A stretch of DNA of 64,000 nt from an uncultured Phycisphaerales bacterium (GTDB taxonomy: Bacteria > Planctomycetota > Phycisphaerae > Tepidisphaerales > Tepidisphaeraceae): positions 320,001 to 384,000 of the forward strand of contig CAVWLP010000002.1 of the NCBI GenBank assembly GCA_963755915.1, in the 5' to 3' direction. The stretch's first letter is position 1. Each line of letters starts with the position of its first letter. The translations under genes were made by a program, and so were the position numbers. A model generated the notes under the pieces. It searched no databases and was not told where the DNA came from. It was given only the letters and a program-made list of their open reading frames with translations. This document shows, one piece after another, positions 24,321 to 32,627 of the stretch.

Positions 24321-24479
24321 GAGAAATGTTCGGTGCCGCTGGATCAGGTGATGGATGATGTGCAGTTGCCGGAGCTGATGGGGAAAGAGGTTTGGCTGGT
24401 GGAGGGGAAGGAGAGGAATTTGAAGATGACGACGCCGACGGACGTTCAAGTGGCGAACACGCTGCTGAGAAACGGGTGA
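24321..24479 (+). pseudogene. Diverged duplicate of the ispD 3' end
   Basis: Translates EKCSVPLDQVMDDVQLPELMGKEVWLVEGKERNLKMTTPTD..., colinear with 21099..21251. Confidence 0.88.
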
Positions 24480-24486
24480 TTTCTGC

Positions 24487-24792
24487 TCAATTTATGTGAT
24501 CGGAAATATATTGCATTAAGACAATGATGGTGACTGCCCAACCTATGGAGGCCAGCATCCCTACCAAAGCCAGGCTGCGTCCGCGTCCGTTTTGCGGTTC
24601 GCCCAATCGAACATGTATGATTGCGCAATTTATAAAGGCAATTAAGCCGAGGATCACGGCCAGAAACTGTCCCATCATGAAGGCCCCGTAGCCAAAGTCC
24701 GGCATCAGACCGAAACGGGCGATCAATAGTGTGACTGGGCCGCTGCATAAGCCAACAGTGAGGGCGGCAATGGCGGAGCCACTGAAGGGCAC
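24487..24792 (-). CDS. Small membrane protein (DUF4190-like)
   Basis: Three hydrophobic segments; GRGRSLALVG. Confidence 0.5.
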   Translation of the reverse strand: MPFSGSAIAALTVGLCSGPVTLLIARFGLMPDFGYGAFMMGQFLAVILGLIAFINCAIIHVRLGEPQNGRGRSLALVGMLASIGWAVTIIVLMQYISDHIN

Positions 24793-24905
24793 ACGCTTTC
24801 CTTAATCGAGTTGAATTCGCTGCTTCACGGGGAGCATTGTATCACTCCTACCTAATCGACGGCCTTGAGGCGTTTGCAGGATAAAAGCGTTTTCGCGCCG
24901 AGGCG

Positions 24906-26878
24906 GTAGAGTAGAGAACTGAACGACCCGATTGCCGCTCAGCTCTCCCTCTTCGAACCGGACGAGCGGGTTTCCCGCATCCGGCTCTCACGGTATTGTT
25001 CTTCTCAAGCATTCACGGTCGGAACAGGTCGCAGGCTGATGAGGCCCAGACGCTGCAACTGTTCGTACCAGCTCCTCGCTCCGCGCACACGGAACGGACG
25101 CTGGCTGCGACGTTTAAGGTGTCGTTCCAGTCGCTCCTGCACAAATCGGTTGATCTGACGGAACGCCTTGCGCGGATAGCCTTTGCCGAAGTAGTTGGCC
25201 CATCCTCTCAGGTGCTCGTTGATCTGTACGATCAACGCCGGGATGGGCACAAAGCCTGCTTCGGGTCCGGTCATCTCCCGCAATTTGTCCCGCTCACGCT
25301 GCATCGACTTGCTCGAAGGACAGAGGTTCAGATAACGCCCCGGCCCGCCTTGCAGGCTCCGGTCGTACCGGAACCTGTACCCGAGAAAGTTCAGACTTTC
25401 GCCCGGCTCTTTCAACTTCACCGTGCGGGTCTTGTCGGTGTTGATCGTCAGATCAAACCGGCCTTGCAGCGTGCGTTCCACGAACTGCTTGATCTGAGGG
25501 CCTATATACCTTGCCATGATGACAAAGTCGTCGGCGTACCGGATCAGCCGGGCGTTCGCCCAGCGATGCGGGCCATCGGATCGGTGGAACAATTTATCAA
25601 ACCAGTGCAGATATAGGTTGGCCAGCAGCGGCGAGATCACTCCGCCCTGCGGCGTTCCCTGTTTGCTCCGGGTGACTTTCGGTGGATCGCCGGGCTTCTC
25701 GCCTTCTTCGACGATCACCGCCTTCAGCCACATCCGGATCAGCTTCAGCACGCTTCCGTCCGTGATCCGCTTCTGGACACACGCCATCAGTTTCTCATGG
25801 GGAATCGTGTCGAAGTACGACTGCAAATCCGCGTCATACACTTCCCTTCGGCCCTGCTGGAGGTTTTGCTTGATCGCCTCCAGCGCATCGTGAGCCGAGC
25901 GACCGGGACGGAATCCATACGAACAGTCCAGGAAATCCGCCTCGAAGATCGGCTCGATGAGCAGCAGCACCGCCATCTGCACCACGCGATCTCGGATCGT
26001 GGGGATGCCCAATGGACGCCGCTTGCCGTTGGCTTTGGGAATGTACACGCGCTTCACCGGCTGCGGGCGGTAGGTGCGGGTCTTGAGCGATTCTTCGATC
26101 TCGCTCAGGAATCCACTGACGCCGTGCTCGGAGTTTTGCACCTTCTCGATGCTCACCCCGTCCAAGCCGGGCGCCCCGCCGTTGGCGGACACCCGGTCCC
26201 ACGCCGCTTCCAGAACATCGCGCCGGCAGATCCGGTCGTACAAGGTGTAAAACCGAAACCCCGGTTCCCGCTTGGCTTTGAGGTATAGCTTCTGTCTCAG
26301 AAGAAAGACTTTCCCCGGCAGACCCCTGGAGTTCACCCTCAGGTGCTCCGGCAAGTCTGTCGGATCATCCGTACTGTCAGGTTGTCCCTGCAAGCGGGCC
26401 TCTCTTCTTCTTACTTCCGCTCGATACCGTCAGGGCTCCTTGGCTCGCGGCAGGCTTCGCCTCCGCTCACGGGCATTACCCCGCTTCTCAGCTACTATGA
26501 GCCCATCCGACTCCCCACGCTTCCCGTCCCTTGGTTATGTCTTTCCAACGAGCCGCACAACGATGCGTGGGGTCTCTCAGTTCCCGATCTTGTCTGTCGG
26601 CACGCGCCGTCCCCATCGACCCCGAGGAGCCGGACGATTGCTCGCACCCGCTGCTTCATCGTCCGCGCCGGCTTGGCCCTCTCTGACGGGTTGGCCACTC
26701 CCATTGGCGTAACGAGGCTGGTTTGGGTTCGCTTAACGCTACGGCTCGCGCCTTCGCCTTCCGGGGCTTCGCGCGACCGATTGCTCCGTCGTCACGCCCG
26801 GGCGGCTACACGGCTAACGGGTCATTCCATGGTGAACTCCTTTCAGTTCACAAGACAAAACCGGTTTCACTGACGCAC
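24906..26878 (-). mobile_element. Full-length group II intron (~1.97 kb)
   Basis: 5' GTGCG at 26878; domain V GAGCCGGATGCGGGAAACCCGCTCGTCCGGTTC; domain VI ending CTACTCTAC at 24906; internal RT ORF. Confidence 0.92.
25005..26393 (-). CDS. ltrA: Group II intron reverse transcriptase/maturase, no endonuclease domain
   Basis: [50 protein letters not shown]. Confidence 0.95.
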   Translation of the reverse strand: MQGQPDSTDDPTDLPEHLRVNSRGLPGKVFLLRQKLYLKAKREPGFRFYTLYDRICRRDVLEAAWDRVSANGGAPGLDGVSIEKVQNSEHGVSGFLSEIEESLKTRTYRPQPVKRVYIPKANGKRRPLGIPTIRDRVVQMAVLLLIEPIFEADFLDCSYGFRPGRSAHDALEAIKQNLQQGRREVYDADLQSYFDTIPHEKLMACVQKRITDGSVLKLIRMWLKAVIVEEGEKPGDPPKVTRSKQGTPQGGVISPLLANLYLHWFDKLFHRSDGPHRWANARLIRYADDFVIMARYIGPQIKQFVERTLQGRFDLTINTDKTRTVKLKEPGESLNFLGYRFRYDRSLQGGPGRYLNLCPSSKSMQRERDKLREMTGPEAGFVPIPALIVQINEHLRGWANYFGKGYPRKAFRQINRFVQERLERHLKRRSQRPFRVRGARSWYEQLQRLGLISLRPVPTVNA

Positions 26879-27011
26879 CAGAGGCGCAAGCGCGGAGGGA
26901 AACAGGGATTTGGATTCCCTCGCCTCTGCGCCTCTGCGTGAGATTTTGATTCAGATGGTGGCAATTAGAGGGCGATCGCATATGGCCCGAAATTCTTTCA
27001 CGGCCCTCACG

Positions 27012-27081
27012 CCCTCACCCCAACCCTCTCCTATTCGAGCCTGAGCCTCAGAGCCGAAGGCCGGAGTACCGGGCGAGGGGG
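27012..27081. repeat. CCCTCTCCC...GGGAGAGGG-type REP-like palindrome with a nested ~30-bp hairpin insert
   Basis: Related uninterrupted copies near 22017-22045, 50344-50370 and 56812-56852. Confidence 0.7.
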
Positions 27082-27105
27082 CAAGATGCGATTGCCCTGT
27101 GGCAA

Positions 27106-28146
27106 TTAGAGGGCAAGCGAATCGCGGATCCGCTGGAAGCTTTCCATCCGCCAGGGCGGGGCGGTTCCCTGCTCTACATCGGGGAAGAATTCGGCAAGAG
27201 TGTCGGACGTCACGCCGTGGAGGCCGAACATTTTCACACCGGGGGTGTCGATCACGTAGCCGCCGATGGAGAGGGGATACCGGCGGGCGGAGGTTGTGGT
27301 GTGGCGGCCCTTTTCGTTGAAATTACTTACCGCGCCGATGCGGATATCGAGGCCGGGCTCGATGGCGGAGATGAGGGTGCTTTTGCCGACGCCGCTGTGG
27401 CCGGCCAGGACGGTTGTTTTGCCTTTGAGGGCCTCTTTGACGCCGAGCACACCGGGATTTTGCGGGTCGATGGCGATGACGCGGAAGGTGGCGATGCCCA
27501 TGGATTGGTAATGGTTCAAAATTTCTTCCGCTTCTTCCGCGGGACCCTCGACGAGATCGATCTTGGTGAGGCAGATGATCGGCGAGAGGCCGCCGGCTTT
27601 GGCGGCGACGAGCATGCGGTCTACGAGCCCCCACTTGACGCGCGGGCGGACGAGGCTGACCACGATCAGCATCTGCTGGGCGTTGGCGACAATCGGATGC
27701 TGGATCGTGCCATGAAAACTGTCGACCCGCGTCAGCACGGTTTGCCGGGGGAGGATCTGCTCGATGACGGCATCCATCCGGCCGGAATCGTCGCGCATCT
27801 GGGCGTCGCGGAAGCGGACTCGGTCGCCGACGACGATTGACGTTTCCTGCAGCTTGCCGAGGGTTTTGCGCGTGGAGCAAATGCGCGGGCCGGTGGGATG
27901 ATCGACTTCGCAAAAAAGGGAGAAGACCTGCACGACGGGGCCGATGGGCAGAGCCTCGCGATCCGCGGTTTGCTGCTCGTTGGATGAACGCAGATGGGCG
28001 GTTTTTTCCATCTTGTTCTGCTGCGCGTTTTTGGACCGGCGACTGAATTTCTGGCTTGATTCGAGGCTGTCGGCGTCCTCGTCGCCGTCGAGGAGGCGGC
28101 GAGTCAGATCTTTTTCACGGGGAGGCTTTCGGGAGCGTTTGTCCAT
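27106..28146 (-). CDS. rsgA: Ribosome small subunit-dependent GTPase A, lacking the Cys/His zinc knuckle
   Basis: VVGDRV, TKIDL, GHSGVGKST, GRHTTT, IDTPG in permuted order. Confidence 0.92.
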   Translation of the reverse strand: MDKRSRKPPREKDLTRRLLDGDEDADSLESSQKFSRRSKNAQQNKMEKTAHLRSSNEQQTADREALPIGPVVQVFSLFCEVDHPTGPRICSTRKTLGKLQETSIVVGDRVRFRDAQMRDDSGRMDAVIEQILPRQTVLTRVDSFHGTIQHPIVANAQQMLIVVSLVRPRVKWGLVDRMLVAAKAGGLSPIICLTKIDLVEGPAEEAEEILNHYQSMGIATFRVIAIDPQNPGVLGVKEALKGKTTVLAGHSGVGKSTLISAIEPGLDIRIGAVSNFNEKGRHTTTSARRYPLSIGGYVIDTPGVKMFGLHGVTSDTLAEFFPDVEQGTAPPWRMESFQRIRDSLAL

Positions 28147-28529
28147 CGTTTGCCGCAACAGCGGAGGGAAAATGGTGGCTTGGTTGCACGGGAATTGCAA
28201 ATTTTACGGGAAAGTTGCGAGTGGCGAGTGAAAGGCAATGTCGTTTACTCGCAGAGCAATCGCATATGGCCTGAGAAAACCGAAAGGCCCCCATTCTAAC
28301 TCCGGACAACTCGGGACTTCGCTTCGCTGTGCCTTGAATCCGCCGGGGAGGCCGGATTTACATTGAAAAAAGAAGGAAGAGTATTTTCGGTTACGGTCTG
28401 GGTGACGAGGAAATGCGGGGGCTCGAATATCCATGAAAGGCTTCCCCGATCAACAAAAAAATTCTCCTCGCGAAAAGCGGTTACTTCTTTTTCATTCCGA
28501 GACCTCTTCGTCCGTCTGCCGGCTGGTGA

Positions 28530-28700
28530 CTGGCCTCTCGGCGGTCCATATATCCATTCGTGCTGGCCGGGCCCGATCAACAGCGTTTGGCCGAGCGGCA
28601 CATGATCTCATCCGGCGCGGGCGGCCCAATTATAACGTGGCCTCTCGAGCCTGAATTGCTTCGGGCTCATGGCCAATTCGAGCCAGGGCTGGCCCACTTC
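28530..28700 (-). ncRNA. Putative bridge/seek RNA of the IS110 element (boundaries approximate)
   Basis: Two internal loops whose strands match the reconstructed target and the circle junction (see findings). Confidence 0.7.
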
Positions 28701-29829
28701 CGGACGAGATCAGTTCCTTATGTCTTTTGCTTCCCGGTCTTGGGGGCGGCACCTCCTGATAATCCTGGTTGTTGTTCCACATTGAATAGACGATCCGACA
28801 TATGCGGTTGGCGACGGTGATGTAGCCGCGACCGCGGTCCTGTTTGCCGTTGTTGGTACGGCGATTGAAAAGTTCTCGCAAAAAAGCGTCCCTTTGCACT
28901 GCCGAGTGGGCGGCCTGAATAAAGGCCCACTGAAGGGTAGTGCGACCGGCGTGACCAAGTCGGCGGCCGATGGGCTTGGCATCGCGATCTTCTCCGCTGT
29001 CGTCGGCCTGCGGCGCCAGCAGGCTGTATTGGAGCAGGCATCGACTGGAGGAGAAACGATCGATTCGGCCGATCTCGGCGACCAGCGTATATCCCAGCAC
29101 GGTGGAGATGCCCGGCACGGTCATCAGGCGCTGGCCGATCTCCGATCGTTTCATGGTCGCGCGGAACCGGCGGGTGGCCCGTGCGATCAGGCGACGCAGA
29201 GAATCCAGCAGCATGAGATCTTCCTTGAGCGTCTGGCGTCCTGAGAGGCTCAGGGTCTTGTCCTCGGTGAGCAGCGACAGGAAACGCCGGCCCTGCACAC
29301 CGAAGAGGTCGGTGAGCTCGCTGACGATTCCATGGCGGTGCAGCGTCGCGTGAATGCGATTTTTCAACTGCGTTTGAGCCTGAACGAGGGTCATCCGATG
29401 GCGCAGCAGCTCCCGCTGATCACGAATCTCGCGTGGGGCCAGCCAGACTTCCCACCAGCGCTTCATGATGCCTCGCTTAAATATCGGTTTTTCGTTCCAG
29501 AGTTCACTGAGCAGGTCGGCATCGACCTTGTTGCTCTTGGCGATCCCGCGTCCTTCCCGCCATGCCGCCACTTTGCGGCTCGAGGCCAGGTGGGGCTGCA
29601 TGTTCAAAATCTGCAACTCATCGCTGAGCCATCCCCAGCCAAATGTCGCTTCCAGGATCACCGGCGTGCCTCGCGGCCACTGAGCGATTCGCTCTCGAAG
29701 CTTTTGGCGATCCAGGTGATCCAGGCGTTCGCGAGCAATGACCTTCCCGGAAGCGTCGCGCAGACTGGCGGACGAGAACTTCCGATGGACGTCCAGCCCT
29801 ACCTGAACTACCTTGTCGTATAACTTCAT
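28630..29829 (-). CDS. IS110 family recombinase/transposase
   Basis: VGLDVH, ILEAT, KSNKVDA, LMTVPGIS, EIGRIDRF, APQADDSG. Confidence 0.93.
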   Translation of the reverse strand: MKLYDKVVQVGLDVHRKFSSASLRDASGKVIARERLDHLDRQKLRERIAQWPRGTPVILEATFGWGWLSDELQILNMQPHLASSRKVAAWREGRGIAKSNKVDADLLSELWNEKPIFKRGIMKRWWEVWLAPREIRDQRELLRHRMTLVQAQTQLKNRIHATLHRHGIVSELTDLFGVQGRRFLSLLTEDKTLSLSGRQTLKEDLMLLDSLRRLIARATRRFRATMKRSEIGQRLMTVPGISTVLGYTLVAEIGRIDRFSSSRCLLQYSLLAPQADDSGEDRDAKPIGRRLGHAGRTTLQWAFIQAAHSAVQRDAFLRELFNRRTNNGKQDRGRGYITVANRICRIVYSMWNNNQDYQEVPPPRPGSKRHKELISSGSGPALARIGHEPEAIQAREATL

Positions 29830-30422
29830 GGCTATCTCCTTGTGTGAATGACACCAAAACCGGAATGTTAACTTCCGGCAGGGAGATGGCCTTTCATGCG
29901 ATTATAAAACGCGGTTCCGCCGCGATAGCACGTGGCTGCCCCGGTGACGTTCGGTGCGACCTTGAGGTGTTGGGCGGGAAAGCGCCGTGCAAGCACGGCG
30001 GCTACACGGGGAGAAGCTGGGAACGGCCTCCGGCCTGAGTTTCGCGGAGTACTGCCCAAGCACCTCCGGTGCTTTCGGCGGCAGGGCGCGTAAGGAGTTT
30101 CGAGCACATGCTCGACCGAGCTCAATCGCCGCTGGGCTTCCGTCAGGAATCCGCCTTGTCCGACCTCCCCGGTGGATACTTTCAATTCGTGGCATTTGTG
30201 GCGAAACAGGGCCGGACGAGGGGGATGGCGCCGTTCGGCCTATATTGCAGGGCTCGGACGATTGGTCTGCGAGGAATATGTGGGTAATGGCAAGCGGAGT
30301 GCGAGGGGAGGGGAGAAAAGGGCACATGGGATTGCCCTGCATTTGCTGGCAGCACGCGACTCCCGGCAATTGAACAATGCCACGCCTACCATTACATTGC
30401 CGCTTTAACGGGAGACAGCGTT

Positions 30423-31874
30423 TTGTCCCTTTCACTTCCCCAGTTGGACCCCGAATACGAAAAGAAGGAGAAATGCGGCCTCTTCGGAATCTGGGGGACG
30501 GCGGATGCTTCCAAGATCACCTACCAGGCGCTGTTTGCGCAGCAGCATCGGGGTCAGGAATCGGCGGGGATGGCCGTCAGCGATGGGACCAACATCACCG
30601 GGCACACGGGAATGGGGCTGGTCAGCCAGGTGTTTACGCCGCGGATGCTGAATGAGGAACTGGCGGGGAAAGCGGCCATTGGACATATTCGATATTCGAC
30701 TACCGGCTCGAGCCAGCTTTGCAATGCGCAGCCGCTGCTTCGGCAATATCTCAATGGCCCCGTGGCGGTGGCGCATAACGGGAACCTTGTGAATGCCACT
30801 TTGCTCCGGCGGATGTATGAGGAGCACGGGCATATCTTCCAGAGCACGACGGACACGGAAATCATCGTGCATCTTCTGGCCAAGCCGACGCATGCGCAGA
30901 AACTCGATCCGCTTCCGCACGTGTTGAAGCATCTTCAGGGGGCGTACAGCCTGGTGTTTCTTTTTCCGGACCGGATCGAAGCGTGCCGCGACCCGTTTGG
31001 CGTGCGGCCGCTGGTGGTCGGGAAAATGCCGGGTGGGCAGTGGTGCGTGGCAAGCGAAACGTGCGCGTTTGACGCGCTGGGGGCGACGTTTGAGCGGGAA
31101 GTTCTGCCCGGCGAAATCGTGCGCATCGACGACGATGGAATCACCGCGCGAAAGTTTGACAACCCGGCGCCGCACGGCGCCAGGTGCGCGTTCGAGCACG
31201 TTTATTTTGCCAACCCCGGGAGCAAAGTCTTCGGACAGACGGTTCACGTGGTGCGGCAGCGCCTGGGCCGGCAGCTTGCCATCGAAGCGCCCGTGTCGGC
31301 GGATTCCATCATGCCGATGCCGGACAGCGGCCGATCGGCGGCGCTGGGATTTGCGCAGCAATCAAAGATTCCGTTTGAGGAGGGGATCGTCCCGAATCGA
31401 TTCGTGGGCCGGACGTTTATCCTGCCCAACCAGATCGCCCGCGACCGGGCGGTGGCGATGAAGCTGAACATCATCGCGGATGTGGTGGAGAACCGGCGGA
31501 TCGTGATCGTGGAGGATTCCGTCGTTCGCGGCACGACCACGCGATCGAAGATGCGGGCCATTCGAGCCGCGGGGGCGAAGGAAATTCATCTGCGCGTCTC
31601 CTGCCCGCCGATCCGGCATCCGTGCTTCTACGGCATCGACTTCCCCACCAGCGAAGAGCTGATCGCCCATAACCGCAGCGTGGATCAGATCCGCGATTTC
31701 CTGGAGGTTGACAGCCTGGCGTATCTTTCGCTGGAGGGCCTGCTCTCCTGCATGAAACCTCCCAAGGACGATTACTGCACCGCCTGCTGGAGCGGGCATT
31801 ACAAAATCCCCATCGACCATCCCCAGAGCAAATTCAGTTTTGAGCGCGACCAGTTGCAAATGTTCGACCCGTGA
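30423..31874 (+). CDS. purF: Amidophosphoribosyltransferase
   Basis: CGLFG after propeptide, QHRGQESAG, GHIRYST, VEDSVVRGTT, PCFYGIDF. Confidence 0.97.
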   Translation: MSLSLPQLDPEYEKKEKCGLFGIWGTADASKITYQALFAQQHRGQESAGMAVSDGTNITGHTGMGLVSQVFTPRMLNEELAGKAAIGHIRYSTTGSSQLCNAQPLLRQYLNGPVAVAHNGNLVNATLLRRMYEEHGHIFQSTTDTEIIVHLLAKPTHAQKLDPLPHVLKHLQGAYSLVFLFPDRIEACRDPFGVRPLVVGKMPGGQWCVASETCAFDALGATFEREVLPGEIVRIDDDGITARKFDNPAPHGARCAFEHVYFANPGSKVFGQTVHVVRQRLGRQLAIEAPVSADSIMPMPDSGRSAALGFAQQSKIPFEEGIVPNRFVGRTFILPNQIARDRAVAMKLNIIADVVENRRIVIVEDSVVRGTTTRSKMRAIRAAGAKEIHLRVSCPPIRHPCFYGIDFPTSEELIAHNRSVDQIRDFLEVDSLAYLSLEGLLSCMKPPKDDYCTACWSGHYKIPIDHPQSKFSFERDQLQMFDP

Positions 31875-31880
31875 GGAGAA

Positions 31881-32618
31881 ATGCTAAATCGAATTGCCCC
31901 CCGCTTGGCGACGGCATTCCTTTTCCTGACCTGCTTCAGTTGCGCGACCACGCCCCCTGAGGCGCCGCCGATTTCGACGACCGTTAGCAAGGCGGAGCAA
32001 TCGGCGATGAGCCCGGACGAGGCGATTCAACGGCTGGAGGCGGGGAACGAGAGATTTGTCGCGGGGCAGATGCTTAAGCGCGATTACACGGCGCAAGTAA
32101 AATCTTCATCAACCGGGCAATATCCATTTGCGGCGGTGCTGGCCTGCCTCGATTCGCGCACGGCGCCGGAGATTGTTTTCGACCAGGGGATCGGCGATTT
32201 GTTCGTGGCACGGGTTGCAGGAAACTATGCGAACGCCGATATCCTGGGCTCGTTTGAATTCGCCACGAAAGTGTCGGGGGCCAAGCTGATCGTGGTGCTG
32301 GGCCACACCAATTGCGGGGCCATTAAAGGGGCTTGTGATAATGTCGAGATGGGAAACCTCACGACGGTGATGCAGGCGATCCGCCCGGCGGTTGATTCGG
32401 TCACTGACGTTCCCGGCGACCGCAATTCGAAGAATGCGCAGTTCGTATATGCCGTGACGATCGCCAACATTCGCCATACCGTTGCTCACATTCGCTCGGA
32501 TAGTCCGATCCTTCGCGAGATGGAAGAGGCGGGGCAGATCAAGATCGTCGGGGCGATGTATGACATCGATACGGGGAAAGTGACGTTTTACGACTGGACG
32601 CCGCCGGCGGAGCAATGA
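31881..32618 (+). CDS. Exported beta-class carbonic anhydrase
   Basis: CLDSR, RVAGN, LGHTNCGAI; lipoprotein-like signal. Confidence 0.92.
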   Translation: MLNRIAPRLATAFLFLTCFSCATTPPEAPPISTTVSKAEQSAMSPDEAIQRLEAGNERFVAGQMLKRDYTAQVKSSSTGQYPFAAVLACLDSRTAPEIVFDQGIGDLFVARVAGNYANADILGSFEFATKVSGAKLIVVLGHTNCGAIKGACDNVEMGNLTTVMQAIRPAVDSVTDVPGDRNSKNAQFVYAVTIANIRHTVAHIRSDSPILREMEEAGQIKIVGAMYDIDTGKVTFYDWTPPAEQ

Positions 32619-32627
32619 TTCGGCGGA

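Larger units (their letters stand above)
28428..29906 (-). mobile_element. IS110 family element, IS1111-type organisation
   Basis: Subterminal IR catgaaaggc (28432-28441) / gcctttcatg (29889-29898); TA at both ends; long 3' non-coding end; joining ends gives TTGATC-N18-TATAAT. Confidence 0.88.

Noticed and set aside
21099-24479. ispD 3' duplicate as a DGR template/variable pair
   Set aside because: Differences involve all four bases rather than being confined to adenines.
12518-25178. RT plus a 276-bp repeat pair as a diversity-generating retroelement (TR/VR)
   Set aside because: The copies appear identical with no adenine-specific differences, include intron domains V-VI, and the RT is a typical intron maturase.
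27032-27041. tattcgagcc in the nested hairpin matches one half of the IS110 target
   Set aside because: The other half-site does not match and the other hairpin copies lack it; probably chance.
28338-30177. Interrupted element as RNase P RNA (GAGGAAA...GGGCTC near the 5' end, GAATCCGCCTT near the 3' end), tmRNA or ZTP riboswitch
   Set aside because: The universal GAGGAAAGUCC and internal RNase P motifs are absent, there are no tRNA-like ends, and the ZTP P1/P2 context is missing. Resemblance only.
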